From Candidatus Saccharimonadota bacterium (lineage in GTDB: Bacteria > Patescibacteriota > Saccharimonadia > Saccharimonadales > Saccharimonadaceae), in the NCBI RefSeq assembly GCF_025273655.1, contig NZ_CP045921.1:390001-422000 (forward strand): 32,000 bases of DNA. The letters are read 5' to 3'. How positions within the stretch are numbered: the stretch's first letter is position 1; each line of letters begins with the position of its first letter. Position numbers and translations under genes: made by a program. The notes beneath the pieces were generated by a model. That model was not told the origin of the DNA. It ran no database searches and saw only the letters and a program-made list of their open reading frames with translations. This document shows positions 31,605 to 32,000 of this stretch, in pieces.

Positions 31605-31648
31605 CATAGAAAAAGCCCCAGACATGAATGCCTGAGGCTTTTTCTATG
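31605..31648 (-). terminator. Hairpin terminator immediately after tRNA-Glu (potentially bidirectional)
   Basis: CATAGAAAAAGCC (31605-31617) pairs with GGCTTTTTCTATG (31636-31648). T5 follows the GC core on both strands. Confidence 0.6.
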
Positions 31649-31721
31649 GTGACCTTACCGGGAATCGAACCCGGATTGCCAGGATGAGAACCTGATGTCC
31701 TAACCGTTAGACGATAAGGCC
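31647..31721 (-). tRNA. tRNA-Glu (anticodon CUC), CCA encoded
   Basis: Reverse complement GGCCTTATCGTCTAACGGTTAGGACATCAGGTTCTCATCCTGGCAATCCGGGTTCGATTCCCGGTAAGGTCACCA folds by hand into a cloverleaf. Acceptor GGCCTTA/TAAGGTC. 3-bp D stem GTC/GAC, typical of tRNA-Glu. Anticodon stem TCAGG/CCTGG with loop TTCTCAT. T arm CCGGG-TTCGATT-CCCGG. Confidence 0.9.
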
Positions 31722-31864
31722 AAATTCTGAGTGATGCGTGTCAAAAATTAGCTAGCTCATTTTTGACCGAATCCGAGGAATTTGGAGCTTATATGGTTGC
31801 GAGGCAATCCATATAGGGCTATGTAATAAACCTACCCTACTCTACCAAAAACTCCTACCCCTGT

Positions 31865-32000
31865 CTAGTCGTCGTGCTGCGTGCTATCGAGTGATTCGAT
31901 GATGCTCAGGAGCTTGCGCGGAGTGATATCTGCTTTGATTAGGTAGCCGTCGGCATGATGCTCCATCGCCATGCGCGATTCTTCGTCTTGTTCGAAATTT
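31865..32000 (-). CDS. C-terminal end of a response-regulator receiver-domain protein (5' part outside window)
   Basis: Manual translation: ...NFEQDEESRMAMEHHADGYLIKADITPRKLLSIIESLDSTQHDD*. The A(D)GYLIK...L pattern resembles the alpha4-beta5-alpha5 end of CheY-like receivers. Confidence 0.45.
   Translation of the reverse strand, partial: NFEQDEESRMAMEHHADGYLIKADITPRKLLSIIESLDSTQHDD

Noticed and set aside
1-32000. CRISPR arrays, rRNA genes, transposases/IS elements, integrases, reverse transcriptases
   Set aside because: I scanned by eye for regularly spaced direct repeats, rRNA-like conserved blocks, and DDE, tyrosine- or serine-recombinase or RT motifs in the ORF translations, and found none. 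A computational repeat search could still reveal short repeats I missed.

Overview
The window is densely coded, about 50% GC by eye, with roughly 44 genes. All family calls rest on motif recall from the translations; no searches were run. The organism is unknown. The compact layout and many small orphan proteins resemble a reduced-genome bacterium, but I cannot verify that.

Positions 1-20.4 kb are mostly housekeeping and envelope genes:
- flavodoxin-like FMN reductase (partial), 3-methyladenine glycosylase, FKBP PPIase, YitT, PspC, DUF2130 and a TrmH/SpoU methyltransferase
- a 4-gene OmpA-anchor, coiled-coil, polytopic membrane and Excalibur operon
- an ArsR, LLM oxidoreductase and F420-reductase-like operon
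- a PlsC-like acyltransferase, HdeD/DUF308, and a frameshifted membrane gene

Positions 20.5-31.7 kb look accessory and mosaic:
1. Three compositionally foreign, higher-GC single-gene cassettes at 20.5-22.5 kb. Each has its own promoter and hairpin terminator, and one encodes a Mu-Gam-like protein.
2. A 7-gene, tightly coupled minus-strand Type I R-M operon at 22.6-30.5 kb. hsdM, hsdS and hsdR are interleaved with four uncharacterised genes: a 271-aa protein, a 100-aa coiled-coil protein, a 213-aa N-terminally membrane-anchored protein, and a GIY-YIG nuclease with two C-terminal TM helices. This is my best candidate for an undescribed, defence-type system.
3. An orphan 260-aa gene, a hairpin-dense 290-nt spacer and tRNA-Glu(CUC).

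One recurring signal is a (T/C)GCTATACT-type -10 box placed 6-7 nt from the start codon, which implies leaderless mRNAs for several genes. No CRISPR array, rRNA, transposase or integrase was seen.
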